A stretch of 64,000 nt of DNA from Candidatus Omnitrophota bacterium (GTDB lineage: Bacteria; Omnitrophota; Omnitrophia; Omnitrophales; Aquincolibacteriaceae): assembly GCA_903884815.1 (NCBI GenBank), contig CAISGE010000002.1, forward strand, positions 45,955 to 109,954. Reading direction: 5' to 3'. Positions 39,023 through 50,125 of the stretch are shown here, piece after piece. A program made the translations under genes and the position numbers. Every line of letters begins with the position of its first letter. Position 1 is the stretch's first letter. The notes beneath the pieces are model-generated. The model searched no databases, was not told where the DNA came from, and worked only from the letters and a program-made list of their open reading frames with translations.

Positions 39023-39051
39023 TTGACCCTATAGAGGGGGTTGGGTATCCT
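39023..39051 (+). promoter_or_regulatory. Probable sigma70 promoter upstream of the polA operon
   Basis: TTGACC (39023-39028), 17 bp spacer, TATCCT (39046-39051). Confidence 0.55.
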
Positions 39052-39211
39052 ATGCCCGCTCTAGAGTAGAGGATGTAAGAAAATTCCACGCAGAAGAGAT
39101 TCATTTCTAACTTAATCCCAGAGATTTAAACCGCCTCTTTCAGCTCTTTCCGCGACTTTTCTTAGAAAAACGAACCCAGGATCGAACATCCAAGCCCAAT
39201 TAGATCTTAAA

Positions 39212-41926
39212 ATGACAAAACAGACCCCGAAAGAAAAGTCTCAAGGGGGGAAACTGTTCCTGGTGGACGGCCACTCCTTGTGCTACCGGGCGTTCTATGC
39301 GATACAGAATCTGACAAATTCGAAGGGGGAACCGACGAACGCCATCTACGGGTTCGTGACCATGCTGCGGAAGATCCTGGATGAACAGAAGCCGGATCAT
39401 GTGGCCATGTGCTTTGATCGGAAAGAGCCGACCTTCAGGCATCTTCAATACAAGGATTACAAAGCGCACCGCAAGCCGATGCCCGAAGAGCTGGTGAGCC
39501 AAATCGAGCCGATCAAGGAATTCTGCCGGATCTCGAATATCGCGATCCTGGAAAAGGCGGGTTACGAGGCCGACGACGTGATCGGGACCTTGGCGAAGCA
39601 AGGGAAGGGAGAGGGATACCAGGTCTTCATTATCACCGGGGACAAGGACGCCTTTCAGCTGGTCGACGAGCAGGTCAAGATCCTTCAGCCGCACAAAGAG
39701 AATCTCGTCTATGACAGCGAAAAGGTCCGGGAGCGTTTCAGCGGTCTCGGACCGGACAAGGTCGTGGATATTCTCGCGCTGATGGGCGATGCCTCGGACA
39801 ATATTCCCGGCGTGCCGGGGATCGGTGAAAAGACGGCGATTAAGCTGATGCAGGAATTTGGGTCGGTTCAGGGGCTTATCGAACGCCTCGACGAAGTTTC
39901 CTCGGAAAAGCAAAGACAAAAGATCAAAGAGAATATCGAGGACTTGAAGCTCTCCCAAACCCTTGCGACGATCGATACGGCGGTGCCGCTTGAGATCGAT
40001 TGGGACGCGATACGCGTGACCGAGCCTGACCAGGCGGCCTTGATGGAATTTTACAAGCGCTATGAATTCCGGGGGCTTCTAAAAAGCATCGCGCCCCAGA
40101 GAGAACCGGAGGCTGGCGAGCGGGATTATAAAGCGGTCCAAACCCCGCGTGAGCTCGAGATGTTTGCCCAAGAGCTTCGGAAGGTGAAGGCCTTCAGCTT
40201 TGATACCGAAACGACCTCTATCGATCCGATGAAGGCTGCTTTGGTCGGTATGAGTTTTTGCATAGAATCTTTTAAAGCCGCTTATGTTCCCGTGGCGTCC
40301 AAAGTACATCAGGGGCCGGGCTTGCCGCTCGAGGAGGTTTTAAAGGTTCTGGGGCCGAGCCTGGAAAATGAAAATGTAGCCAAGTACGGGCAGAATATTA
40401 AATATGACGAGATCGTGATGGCGCGTCACGGCGTCCGGCTTTCCGGCGTCGCATTCGATACCATGATCGCGAGCTATCTGGTCGATCCCGTAAAACGGAA
40501 TCATAATCTGGATGATCTTTCGCTCGAGTATTTGAGTGTCCAGAAGATCACGACCGAGAGTCTGATCGGAAAAGGCGCGAAGCAGATCACGATGGACGCG
40601 GTCCCGCTTGAGCAGATCACGGCTTACGCCTGCGAGGACGCCGATTGCGTGATGCGTCTTGTGCCGCTCCTCAAAGCCAGGATGAAAGAAAGCGAGCTTA
40701 CGAAGCTCTACGAAGAGGTGGAGTTGCCTCTTTCCGGAGTGCTGGCGAAGATCGAAAAAAACGGCGTGGCGCTGGATCTTGATTTTTTAAAAGAGCTTTC
40801 GGACAAAGCCGCTAAAGAGATCGACGCGCTGGTGAAGGAGATCCACGCGGATGCCGGGACCGAATTCAACCCGGATTCGCCGAAGCAGCTCGCGGACGTG
40901 CTTTTTGTTCAGAAGAAATTGCCGGCTTTAAAGAAGATCAAGACCGGGTATTCGACGGACGCGAGCGTGCTCGAGAAACTCGCTCTTTCCCATGAATTGC
41001 CGAGGAAGATCCTGGAATACCGGGAACGCGCGAAGTTGAAGTCGACTTATTTGGACGCGTTGCCGGAAATGGTGAATACGGAAACCCATTGCGTGCACAC
41101 GTCTTTTAATCAGACGACCACGGATACGGGGAGACTTTCGAGCTCAGACCCGAACCTCCAGAATATCCCGATCAAAACCGAGATGGGACGGCTGGTCCGC
41201 AAGGCCTTCGTGGCCCGTCCGAGAGGGAAGGGGAAAGGCAAGATCCTTTCCGCGGATTATTCGCAGATCGAGCTGAGGATTCTCGCGCATTTTTCGGGGG
41301 ATCCGGGGCTGACCAAGGCGTTCGAGGAGGATCGTGATGTGCACACTTACACGGCGACGCTTCTTTACGACGTGAAAGAAAAGGACGTGACGCGCGAGAT
41401 GCGGAATGCCGCCAAAACCATCAATTTCAGCATTGCGTATGGGAAGACCAGCTACGGACTGTCGCAGGATCTGAATATGTCGATCCCGGAAGCGGATCAG
41501 TTCATTAAAAATTATTTTACGCGGTATGCCAAGGTGAAGGAATTCCTGGACGCCCAAAAGGAGAAGGCGCGGGCGGACGGATTTTTAACGACGATCCTCG
41601 GGCGCCGCTCCTATTTTCCAAACATCAAGGCGTCGAATGCGCAACTGCGGCAATATGCCGAGCGCTCGGCGATCAATGCTCCGATCCAGGGATCGGCGGC
41701 GGACCTGATCAAGATCGCGATGATCTCGATCCAGCGGCGGCTCGAAAAAGAACAAAGCGAGAGTCTGATGATCATGCAAGTGCACGACGAACTCGTTTTT
41801 GACGCGCCGGCCGGTGAGACGGACGCGCTCGCGACGTTGGTCAAAGAAGAGATGGAAGGCGCTTACAAGCTGAAGGTGCCGCTTAAAGTCGACATCACCG
41901 TGGGGGAGACGTGGTACAAAAAATAG
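39212..41926 (+). CDS. polA: DNA polymerase I
   Basis: LVDGHSL.YRAFYA, EADDVIGT, FDTETT, TGRLSSSDPNLQNIP, ADYSQIELR, QVHDEL. Confidence 0.99.
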   Translation: MTKQTPKEKSQGGKLFLVDGHSLCYRAFYAIQNLTNSKGEPTNAIYGFVTMLRKILDEQKPDHVAMCFDRKEPTFRHLQYKDYKAHRKPMPEELVSQIEPIKEFCRISNIAILEKAGYEADDVIGTLAKQGKGEGYQVFIITGDKDAFQLVDEQVKILQPHKENLVYDSEKVRERFSGLGPDKVVDILALMGDASDNIPGVPGIGEKTAIKLMQEFGSVQGLIERLDEVSSEKQRQKIKENIEDLKLSQTLATIDTAVPLEIDWDAIRVTEPDQAALMEFYKRYEFRGLLKSIAPQREPEAGERDYKAVQTPRELEMFAQELRKVKAFSFDTETTSIDPMKAALVGMSFCIESFKAAYVPVASKVHQGPGLPLEEVLKVLGPSLENENVAKYGQNIKYDEIVMARHGVRLSGVAFDTMIASYLVDPVKRNHNLDDLSLEYLSVQKITTESLIGKGAKQITMDAVPLEQITAYACEDADCVMRLVPLLKARMKESELTKLYEEVELPLSGVLAKIEKNGVALDLDFLKELSDKAAKEIDALVKEIHADAGTEFNPDSPKQLADVLFVQKKLPALKKIKTGYSTDASVLEKLALSHELPRKILEYRERAKLKSTYLDALPEMVNTETHCVHTSFNQTTTDTGRLSSSDPNLQNIPIKTEMGRLVRKAFVARPRGKGKGKILSADYSQIELRILAHFSGDPGLTKAFEEDRDVHTYTATLLYDVKEKDVTREMRNAAKTINFSIAYGKTSYGLSQDLNMSIPEADQFIKNYFTRYAKVKEFLDAQKEKARADGFLTTILGRRSYFPNIKASNAQLRQYAERSAINAPIQGSAADLIKIAMISIQRRLEKEQSESLMIMQVHDELVFDAPAGETDALATLVKEEMEGAYKLKVPLKVDITVGETWYKK

Positions 41927-42525
41927 TCGTCGGGCTTACCGGAGGCTTCGGGGTCGGGAAAAGCTCGGTCGCGCAGCGCTTCAAGAACTTTGGCGCAGAG
42001 TTGATCGATGCCGATGATATCGCCCATGCGTCCATGAAAAAGGGCAGCCCGATCTTTGACGCGATCATCGAAAATTTTGAGGAGGCGCTGCATCCGGGAG
42101 GCAAGAAAATGGACCGGGAAATGCTCGCTGAGATCGTTTTTCAGGATCCCAAGAGGCGCAAGGAGCTCGAGGCGATCATTCACCCTTACGTGTATGAAAA
42201 GATTAAAGAAAAGATCGAAGCGTCCGACAAGAGAGTGATCCTCGTGGAAGTGCCGCTCCTCTTTGAAGCCGGCTTCGAAAAGCTCTTCGATAAAATCCTG
42301 GTCGTGACTTGTAATTCTACCGTCAAGTTGAAGCGTCTGAGATACAAGGGCTTCCCGGAGGCCGAGGTACGGGCGCGGGAACGGGCCCAGATGCTTGAAT
42401 CTCTGAAAGCGCAAAAAGCGGATTATCTGATCGACAATTCGAAGACTATTTATCAAACACAAAGGGAGATCGAACGGCTTTGGTACAAGTTCGTGAACCT
42501 TTCCAAAGGAGCCAATAAACCATGA
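41911..42525 (+). CDS. coaE: Dephospho-CoA kinase
   Basis: [30 protein letters not shown]. Confidence 0.96.
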   Translation: MVQKIVVGLTGGFGVGKSSVAQRFKNFGAELIDADDIAHASMKKGSPIFDAIIENFEEALHPGGKKMDREMLAEIVFQDPKRRKELEAIIHPYVYEKIKEKIEASDKRVILVEVPLLFEAGFEKLFDKILVVTCNSTVKLKRLRYKGFPEAEVRARERAQMLESLKAQKADYLIDNSKTIYQTQREIERLWYKFVNLSKGANKP

Positions 42526-43958
42526 TGAGAGAAACAAGAGAAACGCGGGAGCCCCGCGAAAGAACCCAGCCGCATCACCGTCGCGAAGAGGACGGGAATG
42601 CCGCAAAGCCGCGCATGCCCCGGGTCATTCAAGAAGACGCGGCCGCGAACGGCGAAGCTCTGGAGAAAGCGATCCAGCAGCAAAAATCCGGCGAGAAGCC
42701 GCTCGATGTGGTCAGCCTAAAGCAGATGAAGATCAGCGAGCTTCAGAAAATGGCGCACAAATTCAAGATCGAGAATATCGCCGGGCTCAAGCGCCAGGAC
42801 TTGATCTTCAAGATCCTCCAGGGCCAGGCCCAGCAGTCGGGGCTCATGTTCGGGGAAGGCGTGCTCGAGATCCTGGAAGATGGGTTCGGTTTTTTGCGTT
42901 CTCCCAATTACAACTATCTCCCTTCGCCGGATGATATTTATGTCAGCCCGAGCCAGATTCGCCGCTTCAATTTGAGGACCGGCGATGTGGTGGGCGGGCT
43001 TATCCGTCCTCCGAAAGAAGGGGAGCGTTATTTCGCCCTTCTCAAGGTGGAGCTCATCAACTTTGAAGCGCCGGACAGCGGGAAGGACAAGATCGCGTTC
43101 GATAATTTGACACCGCTTTATCCGGACCAGAGGATCAAGCTCGAGACGACGCAGGAAGAAGCCTCGATGCGCGTGATGGACCTCCTGACGCCGATCGGTT
43201 TTGGCCAGCGCGGCTTGATCGTGGCGCCGCCTTACAGCGGCAAGACGATCCTGCTCCAAAAGCTTGCCAACAGCATCACGACAAATCATCCGGATTCGTA
43301 CCTGATCGTGCTGCTTATCGATGAACGTCCCGAGGAGGTGACGGACATGCAGCGTTCCGTGAAAGGTGAGGTCATCGCCTCGACTTTCGACGAACCCGCG
43401 GACCGTCACGTGCAGGTCGCCGAGATCGTGCTGGAAAAAGCCAAGCGTCTCGTGGAGCACAAACGGGACGTGGTCATCCTGCTTGATTCGATCACCCGCC
43501 TCGCTCGCGCCTACAACACTGTGGCGCCGCATTCCGGCAAGATCCTTTCAGGTGGCGTGGATTCCAACGCGCTTCACAAGCCGAAGCGCTTTTTTGGTTC
43601 GGCCCGTAACGTGGAAGAGGGTGGCAGCATGACGATCATCGCGACCGCGCTCGTGGACACGGGGTCGCGCATGGACGAAGTTATTTTTGAAGAGTTCAAA
43701 GGCACGGGCAACATGGAGCTCCAGCTGGACCGCAACCTTTTCCAGCGCAGGATCTATCCGGCCATTGATGTGAAGAAGTCCAACACCCGCAAGGAGGACC
43801 TGCTGATCCCCGCCGAAGAACTCAATCGCGTGTGGATCCTCCGCAAGGTCCTCAATGAGCTGAACCCGTCAGAGGCCATGGAGCTTCTGGTGGACCGTCT
43901 TAAAAAAACCAAATCCAACGCTGATTTTCTTATCAGCATGAACAAAGTAAAGGAGTAA
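42522..43958 (+). CDS. rho: Transcription termination factor Rho
   Basis: [41 protein letters not shown]. Confidence 0.99.
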   Translation: MMRETRETREPRERTQPHHRREEDGNAAKPRMPRVIQEDAAANGEALEKAIQQQKSGEKPLDVVSLKQMKISELQKMAHKFKIENIAGLKRQDLIFKILQGQAQQSGLMFGEGVLEILEDGFGFLRSPNYNYLPSPDDIYVSPSQIRRFNLRTGDVVGGLIRPPKEGERYFALLKVELINFEAPDSGKDKIAFDNLTPLYPDQRIKLETTQEEASMRVMDLLTPIGFGQRGLIVAPPYSGKTILLQKLANSITTNHPDSYLIVLLIDERPEEVTDMQRSVKGEVIASTFDEPADRHVQVAEIVLEKAKRLVEHKRDVVILLDSITRLARAYNTVAPHSGKILSGGVDSNALHKPKRFFGSARNVEEGGSMTIIATALVDTGSRMDEVIFEEFKGTGNMELQLDRNLFQRRIYPAIDVKKSNTRKEDLLIPAEELNRVWILRKVLNELNPSEAMELLVDRLKKTKSNADFLISMNKVKE

Positions 43959-43962
43959 CACA

Positions 43963-44286
43963 ATGAAAAAAGGTATTCATCCGAAATACGGCCCGGCCAC
44001 CATTAATTGCGCGTGCGGCAATTCGATCCAGACCTCCAGCGTCATGACGGAGATCCGTGTCGATGTGTGCTCGGCGTGCCATCCGTTCTACACCGGGACG
44101 CAGAAGATCATGGACACCGCCGGGCGCATTGACCGGTTCAAGAAGAAGTTCCAGGATCGCGTCGCCGTGAACAAGAAAACGACCAAGGTGGTTGCCAAGA
44201 TGCCGGTGAAGCTCAAGTTCTCCGACGTCGCCCAAAAGGAAAAGCTCCAGGCGCTGAAGGCCAAGGTCCAGGCGGAAGGGAAATAA
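43963..44286 (+). CDS. rpmE: 50S ribosomal protein L31 (Zn-binding type) with a basic C-terminal extension
   Basis: MKKGIHPKY...CACG...[21 protein letters not shown]. Confidence 0.97.
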   Translation: MKKGIHPKYGPATINCACGNSIQTSSVMTEIRVDVCSACHPFYTGTQKIMDTAGRIDRFKKKFQDRVAVNKKTTKVVAKMPVKLKFSDVAQKEKLQALKAKVQAEGK

Positions 44287-44288
44287 AA

Positions 44289-44366
44289 CGTAACGGCGGA
44301 AGGCGTACGGTGTACGGCGAAAACGAAACGCGCCACGCCGTACACCGTACACCGTACGCGAGACGC
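44289..44366. repeat. Heptad tandem-repeat inverted hairpin
   Basis: CGGAAGG CGTACGG TGTACGG CGAAAA ... CCGTACA CCGTACA CCGTACG CGAGACG. Confidence 0.85.
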
Positions 44367-44368
44367 AA

Positions 44369-45439
44369 ATGAGAATCCGAGAGCGTTTAGAAAAAACCGA
44401 GGCGAGGTTCCGCGAACTCGAGGCTTTGATGGGCAGCCCTGACACGCCCCCGAGCAAGTTCCAGGCCCTGAACAAGGAGCTGTCTTTGATCAAGCCGATC
44501 ATGGACCTTTTTCAGAAATACAAGGGCACGGAGCACGAGCTCGTGGGGTTGAAACACAGCTTGGCGGAGAGCCAAGGCGATGAGGCCATGAAAAGTCTGA
44601 TCTCCGATGAGCTCGCGACGCTCGAGGCCGGACAAATCGATCGGGAAAGTAAACTCGAGGAGCTTTTTCTCCGCGACATGCAGCCGGATGCGGCGCGCGA
44701 TGTGATCGTGGAGGTGCGCGCGGGGACCGGAGGCGAGGAGGCCGCGCTTTTCGTGGCGGATCTTTTTCGCATGTACAGCATGTATGCCGGGAATCACGGG
44801 TTGCGCGTCGAAGTGATCGACTCCAATCCCACGGGGATCGGCGGTTTCAAAGAGATCATTTTCGGCGTGACGGGCGACCGGGTTTTCAGCTTTTTTAAAT
44901 ATGAAAGCGGGATCCACCGTGTCCAGCGCGTGCCCAAGACCGAAGCGAGCGGGCGCATCCATACTTCGGCCGTGACGGTCGCGGTACTGCCGGAGGTCGA
45001 GGAAGAAGAGGTTGTGATCAATACAGACGATCTCAGGATCGACGTGTATCGCGCCTCCGGGGCCGGGGGGCAGCACGTGAACAAGACCGAGTCCGCGGTG
45101 CGCATCACGCATATGCCGACGGGATTCGTGGTCGCGTGCCAGGACGAGCGGTCTCAGCAGAAAAACAAGACGAAGGCCATGCGCATTTTGCGGGCGAAGA
45201 TCTTTGATTTCCAGAGGGCGAAGCAGCAAGCGGAGCAGGCGCAGAATCGCAAGGCGCAGATCGGCTCCGGGGACCGGTCCGGCAAGATCCGGACTTATAA
45301 TTATCCGGACAATCGCCTGACGGACCACCGGATCGGGCTCACGCTTCACAGTCTGAACCAGATCTTGGATGGGAAATTGGACCCTGTCGTTGAGGCTCTC
45401 GCGGAAGATGAAAAGGTCCGGTTGCTGACGACATTATGA
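44369..45439 (+). CDS. prfA: Peptide chain release factor 1
   Basis: RAGTGGEEA, RVPKTE (PxT), GAGGQHVN, IRTYNYP. Confidence 0.98.
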   Translation: MRIRERLEKTEARFRELEALMGSPDTPPSKFQALNKELSLIKPIMDLFQKYKGTEHELVGLKHSLAESQGDEAMKSLISDELATLEAGQIDRESKLEELFLRDMQPDAARDVIVEVRAGTGGEEAALFVADLFRMYSMYAGNHGLRVEVIDSNPTGIGGFKEIIFGVTGDRVFSFFKYESGIHRVQRVPKTEASGRIHTSAVTVAVLPEVEEEEVVINTDDLRIDVYRASGAGGQHVNKTESAVRITHMPTGFVVACQDERSQQKNKTKAMRILRAKIFDFQRAKQQAEQAQNRKAQIGSGDRSGKIRTYNYPDNRLTDHRIGLTLHSLNQILDGKLDPVVEALAEDEKVRLLTTL

Positions 45440-46317
45440 GCGGTTCGAAAAAATTGAAAAGTAACGAGATCTTCGAGTTGATCGCCCAGGGTCGCGAGGG
45501 GCTTTCGCGGGCGGGGATCGAGGAAGGGCAGGAAGAATGCGAACGCATCTGGATGAAGCTTTTGGGATGCGCGCGTTCCGCCATCTATCTCGAAAAGCAT
45601 GAGCTGGCGCTTTCCGGCGCGCGCGAACGATTTTTGGCCATTCTTGAGAGGCGGGCTCAAAGGATCCCGTTGGCTTATCTTTTGAAGGAAGTCGATTTTT
45701 GGCAGGAAACATTGTTCGTGGATGAGCGTTGTCTTATCCCGAGGCCCGAAACCGAGATACTCGTCGAACAAGTCTTGAAAGCGCTCGGTACGGATTACGG
45801 CAAAAGTTTTTCTTTTTTGGATATCGGCACGGGTTCGGGAGCGATCGCGGCGGCGGTTCTTAATGCCTGTCCGAGCAGCCGGGGAACACTTCTTGATATT
45901 TCCGGAGAAGCGCTGGACGTGGCTCGCGAGAATGTGAAACGCTATGACCTGGAAGACCGGGCGAAACTCGTATGCGGCGATTTGTTTAACGCGTTGGATG
46001 CAAGTGATCGGTTTGATTGGATCGTGTCGAATCCGCCTTATTTGTCGGAGACGGATCTGAAAGAGCTCCAGGAAGAGCTGAAAGTCGAGCCCCGGCAGGC
46101 CTTGGATGGCGGAAAAGACGGCTTGGACTTTTACCGAAGGATTATCCGGGAGGCCTCGGGCCGTTTAAACCCCGGCGGGCGGTTGGCTCTGGAATTGGGG
46201 CAGGGGCAGGCGGAAAGGGTTTCAAAGTGGCTTCACGAGGCGGGTTATGATAATATCCACCGTTTCAAAGACCACTTGCAAGTCGAACGGGTCATTCTAG
46301 CCCAGAGGCATTCTTGA
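45436..46317 (+). CDS. prmC: Release factor glutamine methyltransferase
   Basis: LIPRPETE, DIGTGSGAIA, VSNPPY. Confidence 0.97.
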   Translation: MSGSKKLKSNEIFELIAQGREGLSRAGIEEGQEECERIWMKLLGCARSAIYLEKHELALSGARERFLAILERRAQRIPLAYLLKEVDFWQETLFVDERCLIPRPETEILVEQVLKALGTDYGKSFSFLDIGTGSGAIAAAVLNACPSSRGTLLDISGEALDVARENVKRYDLEDRAKLVCGDLFNALDASDRFDWIVSNPPYLSETDLKELQEELKVEPRQALDGGKDGLDFYRRIIREASGRLNPGGRLALELGQGQAERVSKWLHEAGYDNIHRFKDHLQVERVILAQRHS

Positions 46318-46323
46318 TCTTTT

Positions 46324-47589
46324 ATGGATAAAATTATTATAGAGGGCGGTTTTCGACTTAAGGGCGAGGTGGATGTCTCGGGATCCAAGAACGCCGTCCT
46401 GCCTATTATGGCGGCGGCGCTTCTATCCGAAGAAGAGTCTGTGATCACGAACGTGCCTTCACTTTGGGACGTGCACACGATGGTCAAGATCCTGCGGACG
46501 CTTGGGGCCAAAGCGATCCTTGAGAACGGATGCCTGAAGGTAAAGCCGGGCAAGAATCTTAAGCCGCTCGCCCCTTATAAACTTGTAAAGACCATGCGCG
46601 CGTCGGTGTGCGTGCTCGGGCCGCTTTTGGCGAGACTTGGTGAGGCGGAAGTTTCGCTTCCTGGCGGATGCGCGATCGGGCCGCGGCCGATCGATCTCCA
46701 TCTGAAAGGTCTGGAGGCCCTGAATGCCGAGATCGATATTCAGCATGGCTACGTAAAAATTAAAGCCAAGAAGAAATTACGCGGGTCCGAAATTTATTTG
46801 GGCGGCGCCTATGGCTCTTCGGTGCTGGCAACAGGCAATGTGATGATGGCGGCGACGCTCGCGCACGGAAGGACCGTGATCGAGAACGCGGCCTGCGAGC
46901 CCGAGGTGGTGGACCTCGCAAGATTCCTTAAGAAAATGGGCGCCAAGATCACGGGGGAAGGTTCCCCGAGGCTTGAGATCGAAGGTGTCCGGAAATTGCA
47001 CGGCGCTGAGCATCATGTGATCCCGGACCGTATCGAGGCGGGGACATTCCTTTACGCGGCGGCGATCACGGGCGGGGATATTCTGGTCCGCAAGATGGAC
47101 CCGGGGCATCTCAATGCGGTGATCGACAAGCTCCATCAGGCGGGCGTCCGCGTCGAGAAGTTCAAGAATTCCGTGCGCGTGAGAAAGAACGGGCGTCTCA
47201 AGCCCGTCGACATCACGACGCTGCCGTACCCGGCTTTCCCGACGGACTTGCAGGCGCAGGCGATGGCCCTTGCGACCGTGACGCCGGGGATCAGCATTTT
47301 GACGGAGAAGATCTACCCGAATCGTTTTATGCATGTGCCCGAACTCGGCCGTATGGGCGCGAAGGTGTTCTTGGAAGGGCCGAGCGCCATTGTGCATGGC
47401 GTCAAAAAGTTGAGCGGCGCGCCGGTCATGGCGTCCGATCTCAGGGCCAGCGCGGCGCTTGTGCTCGCGGGCCTGGTCGCGGAAGGCGCGACGGAAGTTC
47501 AGCGCGTGTATCATCTGGACCGGGGTTATGAGAACCTCGAACAAAAACTCACCTCTCTCGGAGCTTCGATCCGCAGAGAAAAGGAATAA
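46324..47589 (+). CDS. murA: UDP-N-acetylglucosamine 1-carboxyvinyltransferase
   Basis: [39 protein letters not shown]. Confidence 0.99.
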   Translation: MDKIIIEGGFRLKGEVDVSGSKNAVLPIMAAALLSEEESVITNVPSLWDVHTMVKILRTLGAKAILENGCLKVKPGKNLKPLAPYKLVKTMRASVCVLGPLLARLGEAEVSLPGGCAIGPRPIDLHLKGLEALNAEIDIQHGYVKIKAKKKLRGSEIYLGGAYGSSVLATGNVMMAATLAHGRTVIENAACEPEVVDLARFLKKMGAKITGEGSPRLEIEGVRKLHGAEHHVIPDRIEAGTFLYAAAITGGDILVRKMDPGHLNAVIDKLHQAGVRVEKFKNSVRVRKNGRLKPVDITTLPYPAFPTDLQAQAMALATVTPGISILTEKIYPNRFMHVPELGRMGAKVFLEGPSAIVHGVKKLSGAPVMASDLRASAALVLAGLVAEGATEVQRVYHLDRGYENLEQKLTSLGASIRREKE

Positions 47590-47638
47590 ATTTTAAATCT
47601 CAAATCTCAAATTTGAGATCATTACTAAAGGAGGCAAT

Positions 47639-47899
47639 GTGGCAGTTAAAATCAGAATGAAGCGTTTTGGCACCAAGAACAGCCCCAAGTGGCGCATCGT
47701 GGTCAGTGACGCGAAGATGCCGCGTGATGGGCGTTTTATCGAGGAGATCGGCTATTACGACGCTCTTCCCAAAGAAGATATTTTTGTCGTGAAGCAGGAT
47801 CGTCTTGATTATTGGGTGAAGCAGGGCGCGCAGATGAGCGTGGCCTTGAAGAGCTTGGTGCGTCGCGAGAAGAGAAAGACCAAAGCGAAGAAAGCCTAA
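47639..47899 (+). CDS. rpsP: 30S ribosomal protein S16
   Basis: VKIRMKRFG.K..P.WRIVVSD...PRDGRFIEEIG.Y; AAGGAGG SD, GTG start. Confidence 0.98.
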   Translation: MAVKIRMKRFGTKNSPKWRIVVSDAKMPRDGRFIEEIGYYDALPKEDIFVVKQDRLDYWVKQGAQMSVALKSLVRREKRKTKAKKA

Positions 47900-47924
47900 G
47901 ACCTTTGGGCCAGGAAGGCGTTCC

Positions 47925-48593
47925 ATGCTTACGATCGATATCGTGACGCTCTTCCCCGGTTTTTTCGAAAGCCCGCTCGAGGAATCGCTTTTGGAGAAGG
48001 CCCGGGCGAAGGGGCTTGTGAAGATCCGGGCGCATAATCTGCGGGACTGGACGCACGATCGCCACAAGACGGCCGATGACAAGCCGTTCGGAGGTGGGGC
48101 GGGGATGGTGATGAAGCCCGAGCCGATCTTTGAATGCGTGGAAGCGCTCGGCGGGAAGCCCTGGGTCGTGCTGATGGACCCGCAGGGCGAGCCGATGAGC
48201 CAGACGCTGGCTGAAAAGCTTGCGAAGAAGAAGCATCTGGTCCTGATCGCCGGTCATTACGAAGGTGTGGATCAGCGGGTGAAAGATCATTTGGTCGATC
48301 AGGAAATTTCGGTCGGGGATTTTGTCACCATGGGCGGCGAGGCGCCGGCCCTTTGCCTGATCGAAGCGGTGACGCGGCTTCTTCCCGGCGTGCTCGGGAA
48401 CGCGGAGTCGATCAAGCACGAAAGTTTTCAGACCGGGATGCTGGAGCATCCCCATTACACACGGCCCCGGGAGTTCCGGGGGTGGAAAGTTCCCGACGTT
48501 CTGGTGTCGGGAGACCATAAGGAACTGGATGCCTGGCGGAAAAAAACCGCTGAGCATGCCACCAGAAGCAAACGACCCGATCTTTTGAAATAA
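47925..48593 (+). CDS. trmD: tRNA (guanine-N1)-methyltransferase
   Basis: DDKPFGGGAGMV, GHYEGVDQR, SVGDFV..GGE, HYTRP. Confidence 0.98.
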   Translation: MLTIDIVTLFPGFFESPLEESLLEKARAKGLVKIRAHNLRDWTHDRHKTADDKPFGGGAGMVMKPEPIFECVEALGGKPWVVLMDPQGEPMSQTLAEKLAKKKHLVLIAGHYEGVDQRVKDHLVDQEISVGDFVTMGGEAPALCLIEAVTRLLPGVLGNAESIKHESFQTGMLEHPHYTRPREFRGWKVPDVLVSGDHKELDAWRKKTAEHATRSKRPDLLK

Positions 48594-48638
48594 TTTCACG
48601 GGACGCAATAAAGTAAACTCTAACGGGGGAAACATCCA

Positions 48639-48947
48639 ATGAGCAAAATGGACATCGTCGAAAAAGAATACGCAGACAAAAAAGCGCCGGCATTCCGCGT
48701 GGGCGACACCTTGAAGGTGCACGTTCGCGTGAAAGAAGGTGACAAGACCCGCACTCAGCTGTTTGAAGGCGTTTGTATCCGCATCAAAGGCAAAGGGGTC
48801 CGCGGAAGTTTTACCGTTCTGAAAGAAACCTACGGCGATAAGGTCGAAAAGATCTTCCCGCTTCATTCGCCGAACGTGGAAAAGGTCACCGTGAGCGTGA
48901 AGGGCAAGGTCCGACGCGCGAAGCTTTATTATCTGAAGGACAAGTAG
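48639..48947 (+). CDS. rplS: 50S ribosomal protein L19
   Basis: FRVGDT.KV...EG.K.R.Q.FEGV, GKVRRAKLYYL. Confidence 0.98.
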   Translation: MSKMDIVEKEYADKKAPAFRVGDTLKVHVRVKEGDKTRTQLFEGVCIRIKGKGVRGSFTVLKETYGDKVEKIFPLHSPNVEKVTVSVKGKVRRAKLYYLKDK

Positions 48948-48967
48948 TCCGTTTCCGGCCCGGCTTG

Positions 48968-49651
48968 ATGGAGACGGCTCCCAAAGTATCCCGCAAGGCG
49001 CTTCTGCTTGAGAAGCTCCGGGCTTTTGACCTCGAAGAAGCTCCCGCCGCCGGCGGGGGATGGATGGCCGGTGTGGATGAGGCCGGCCGGGGCCCTTTAG
49101 CGGGCCCGGTGGTCGCGGCGGCCGTGATCCTCTTACGGCCGGAACTCCTCACGGGCATTAACGACTCCAAGAAACTCACCGCGGCACTTCGCGAAGAACT
49201 TTACCTGCAAATCGCCCGTTCCTCGCTCGTCGGCATCGGGTTCGCCGACGAGAAGCAGATCGACAAACTCAACATTTATGAAGCCACGCGCCTTGCCATG
49301 AAAAAGGCGGTTTTAGACCTTCCGCACACTCCCGCAAAACTCCTGATCGACGGTCCCATGCGCCTCGATCTCGCGCTCGAGCAAAAGGGAATCATTCACG
49401 GTGACGGAAAATCGGCGAGCATTGCCGCGGCCTCGATCGTCGCGAAAGTCTTTCGGGATCACTGGATGCGCAAGCTCCACGAACTCTATCCCGCCTATGC
49501 GTTCCATAACCACAAAGGCTACGGGACTGCCGAACATATGCAGGCGCTTCTTGAAAAGGGCCCTTCGGCGGTTCATCGCTACAGCTTCGCGCCGGTTCGT
49601 GAGGCAGCGCTGCTTTTTCCTGAAGCAAGAAACGCTGGAGCGGCGGCGTGA
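48968..49651 (+). CDS. rnhB: Ribonuclease HII
   Basis: GVDEAGRGPLAGPV, DSKKL, SIAAASIVAKV.RD, HKGYGT. Confidence 0.98.
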   Translation: METAPKVSRKALLLEKLRAFDLEEAPAAGGGWMAGVDEAGRGPLAGPVVAAAVILLRPELLTGINDSKKLTAALREELYLQIARSSLVGIGFADEKQIDKLNIYEATRLAMKKAVLDLPHTPAKLLIDGPMRLDLALEQKGIIHGDGKSASIAAASIVAKVFRDHWMRKLHELYPAYAFHNHKGYGTAEHMQALLEKGPSAVHRYSFAPVREAALLFPEARNAGAAA

Positions 49652-50046
49652 AGCTCACGCCGAATCCGGCGCCTTTCCGCTTCTCCCTTGGAGACCGGGG
49701 TGAGATGGCGGCTTGCGGCTTTCTGAAAGAAAAAGGTTACGCGATCCTTGAGAAGAATTACAAATGCAAGATCGGCGAGATCGATGTTATTGCCCGTCGG
49801 AACGGTCGGTTGGCGTTTGTCGAGGTGAAAACTCGAACGGGGACCGGCTTTGGCATGCCGCAGGAGGCGGTCGACCGGAAAAAGCAGGAAAAAATCTTTA
49901 AGCTGGCCGAGTGGTACATAAAAGAGAAAAAACTCGAAACGATTCCGGTCGCCTTTGACGTAGTGGCGGTGCTTTGGAAAGAGGGTGGGGCCCCTGAAAT
50001 GCGTCTGATCACCGATGCTTATGAAAAAGAAGACAAAGCTTATTGA
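49648..50046 (+). CDS. yraN: YraN (UPF0102) family protein
   Basis: G..GE..A..FL..KGY.IL.KN....GEIDVIA...FVEVKTR. Confidence 0.95.
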   Translation: MKLTPNPAPFRFSLGDRGEMAACGFLKEKGYAILEKNYKCKIGEIDVIARRNGRLAFVEVKTRTGTGFGMPQEAVDRKKQEKIFKLAEWYIKEKKLETIPVAFDVVAVLWKEGGAPEMRLITDAYEKEDKAY

Positions 50047-50125
50047 TTCTCGCGTCCAAACGGTGCAAAATATCGCGCGTTCATTCCTTCAGAAAACAGA
50101 ATAAAAGCCGAAAACATTTTGAGCG

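Noticed and set aside
39026-39046. CsoR/RcnR-type operator (ACCCTATAGAGGGGGT) in the polA promoter
   Set aside because: The symmetry is imperfect and there are no metal-homeostasis genes nearby.
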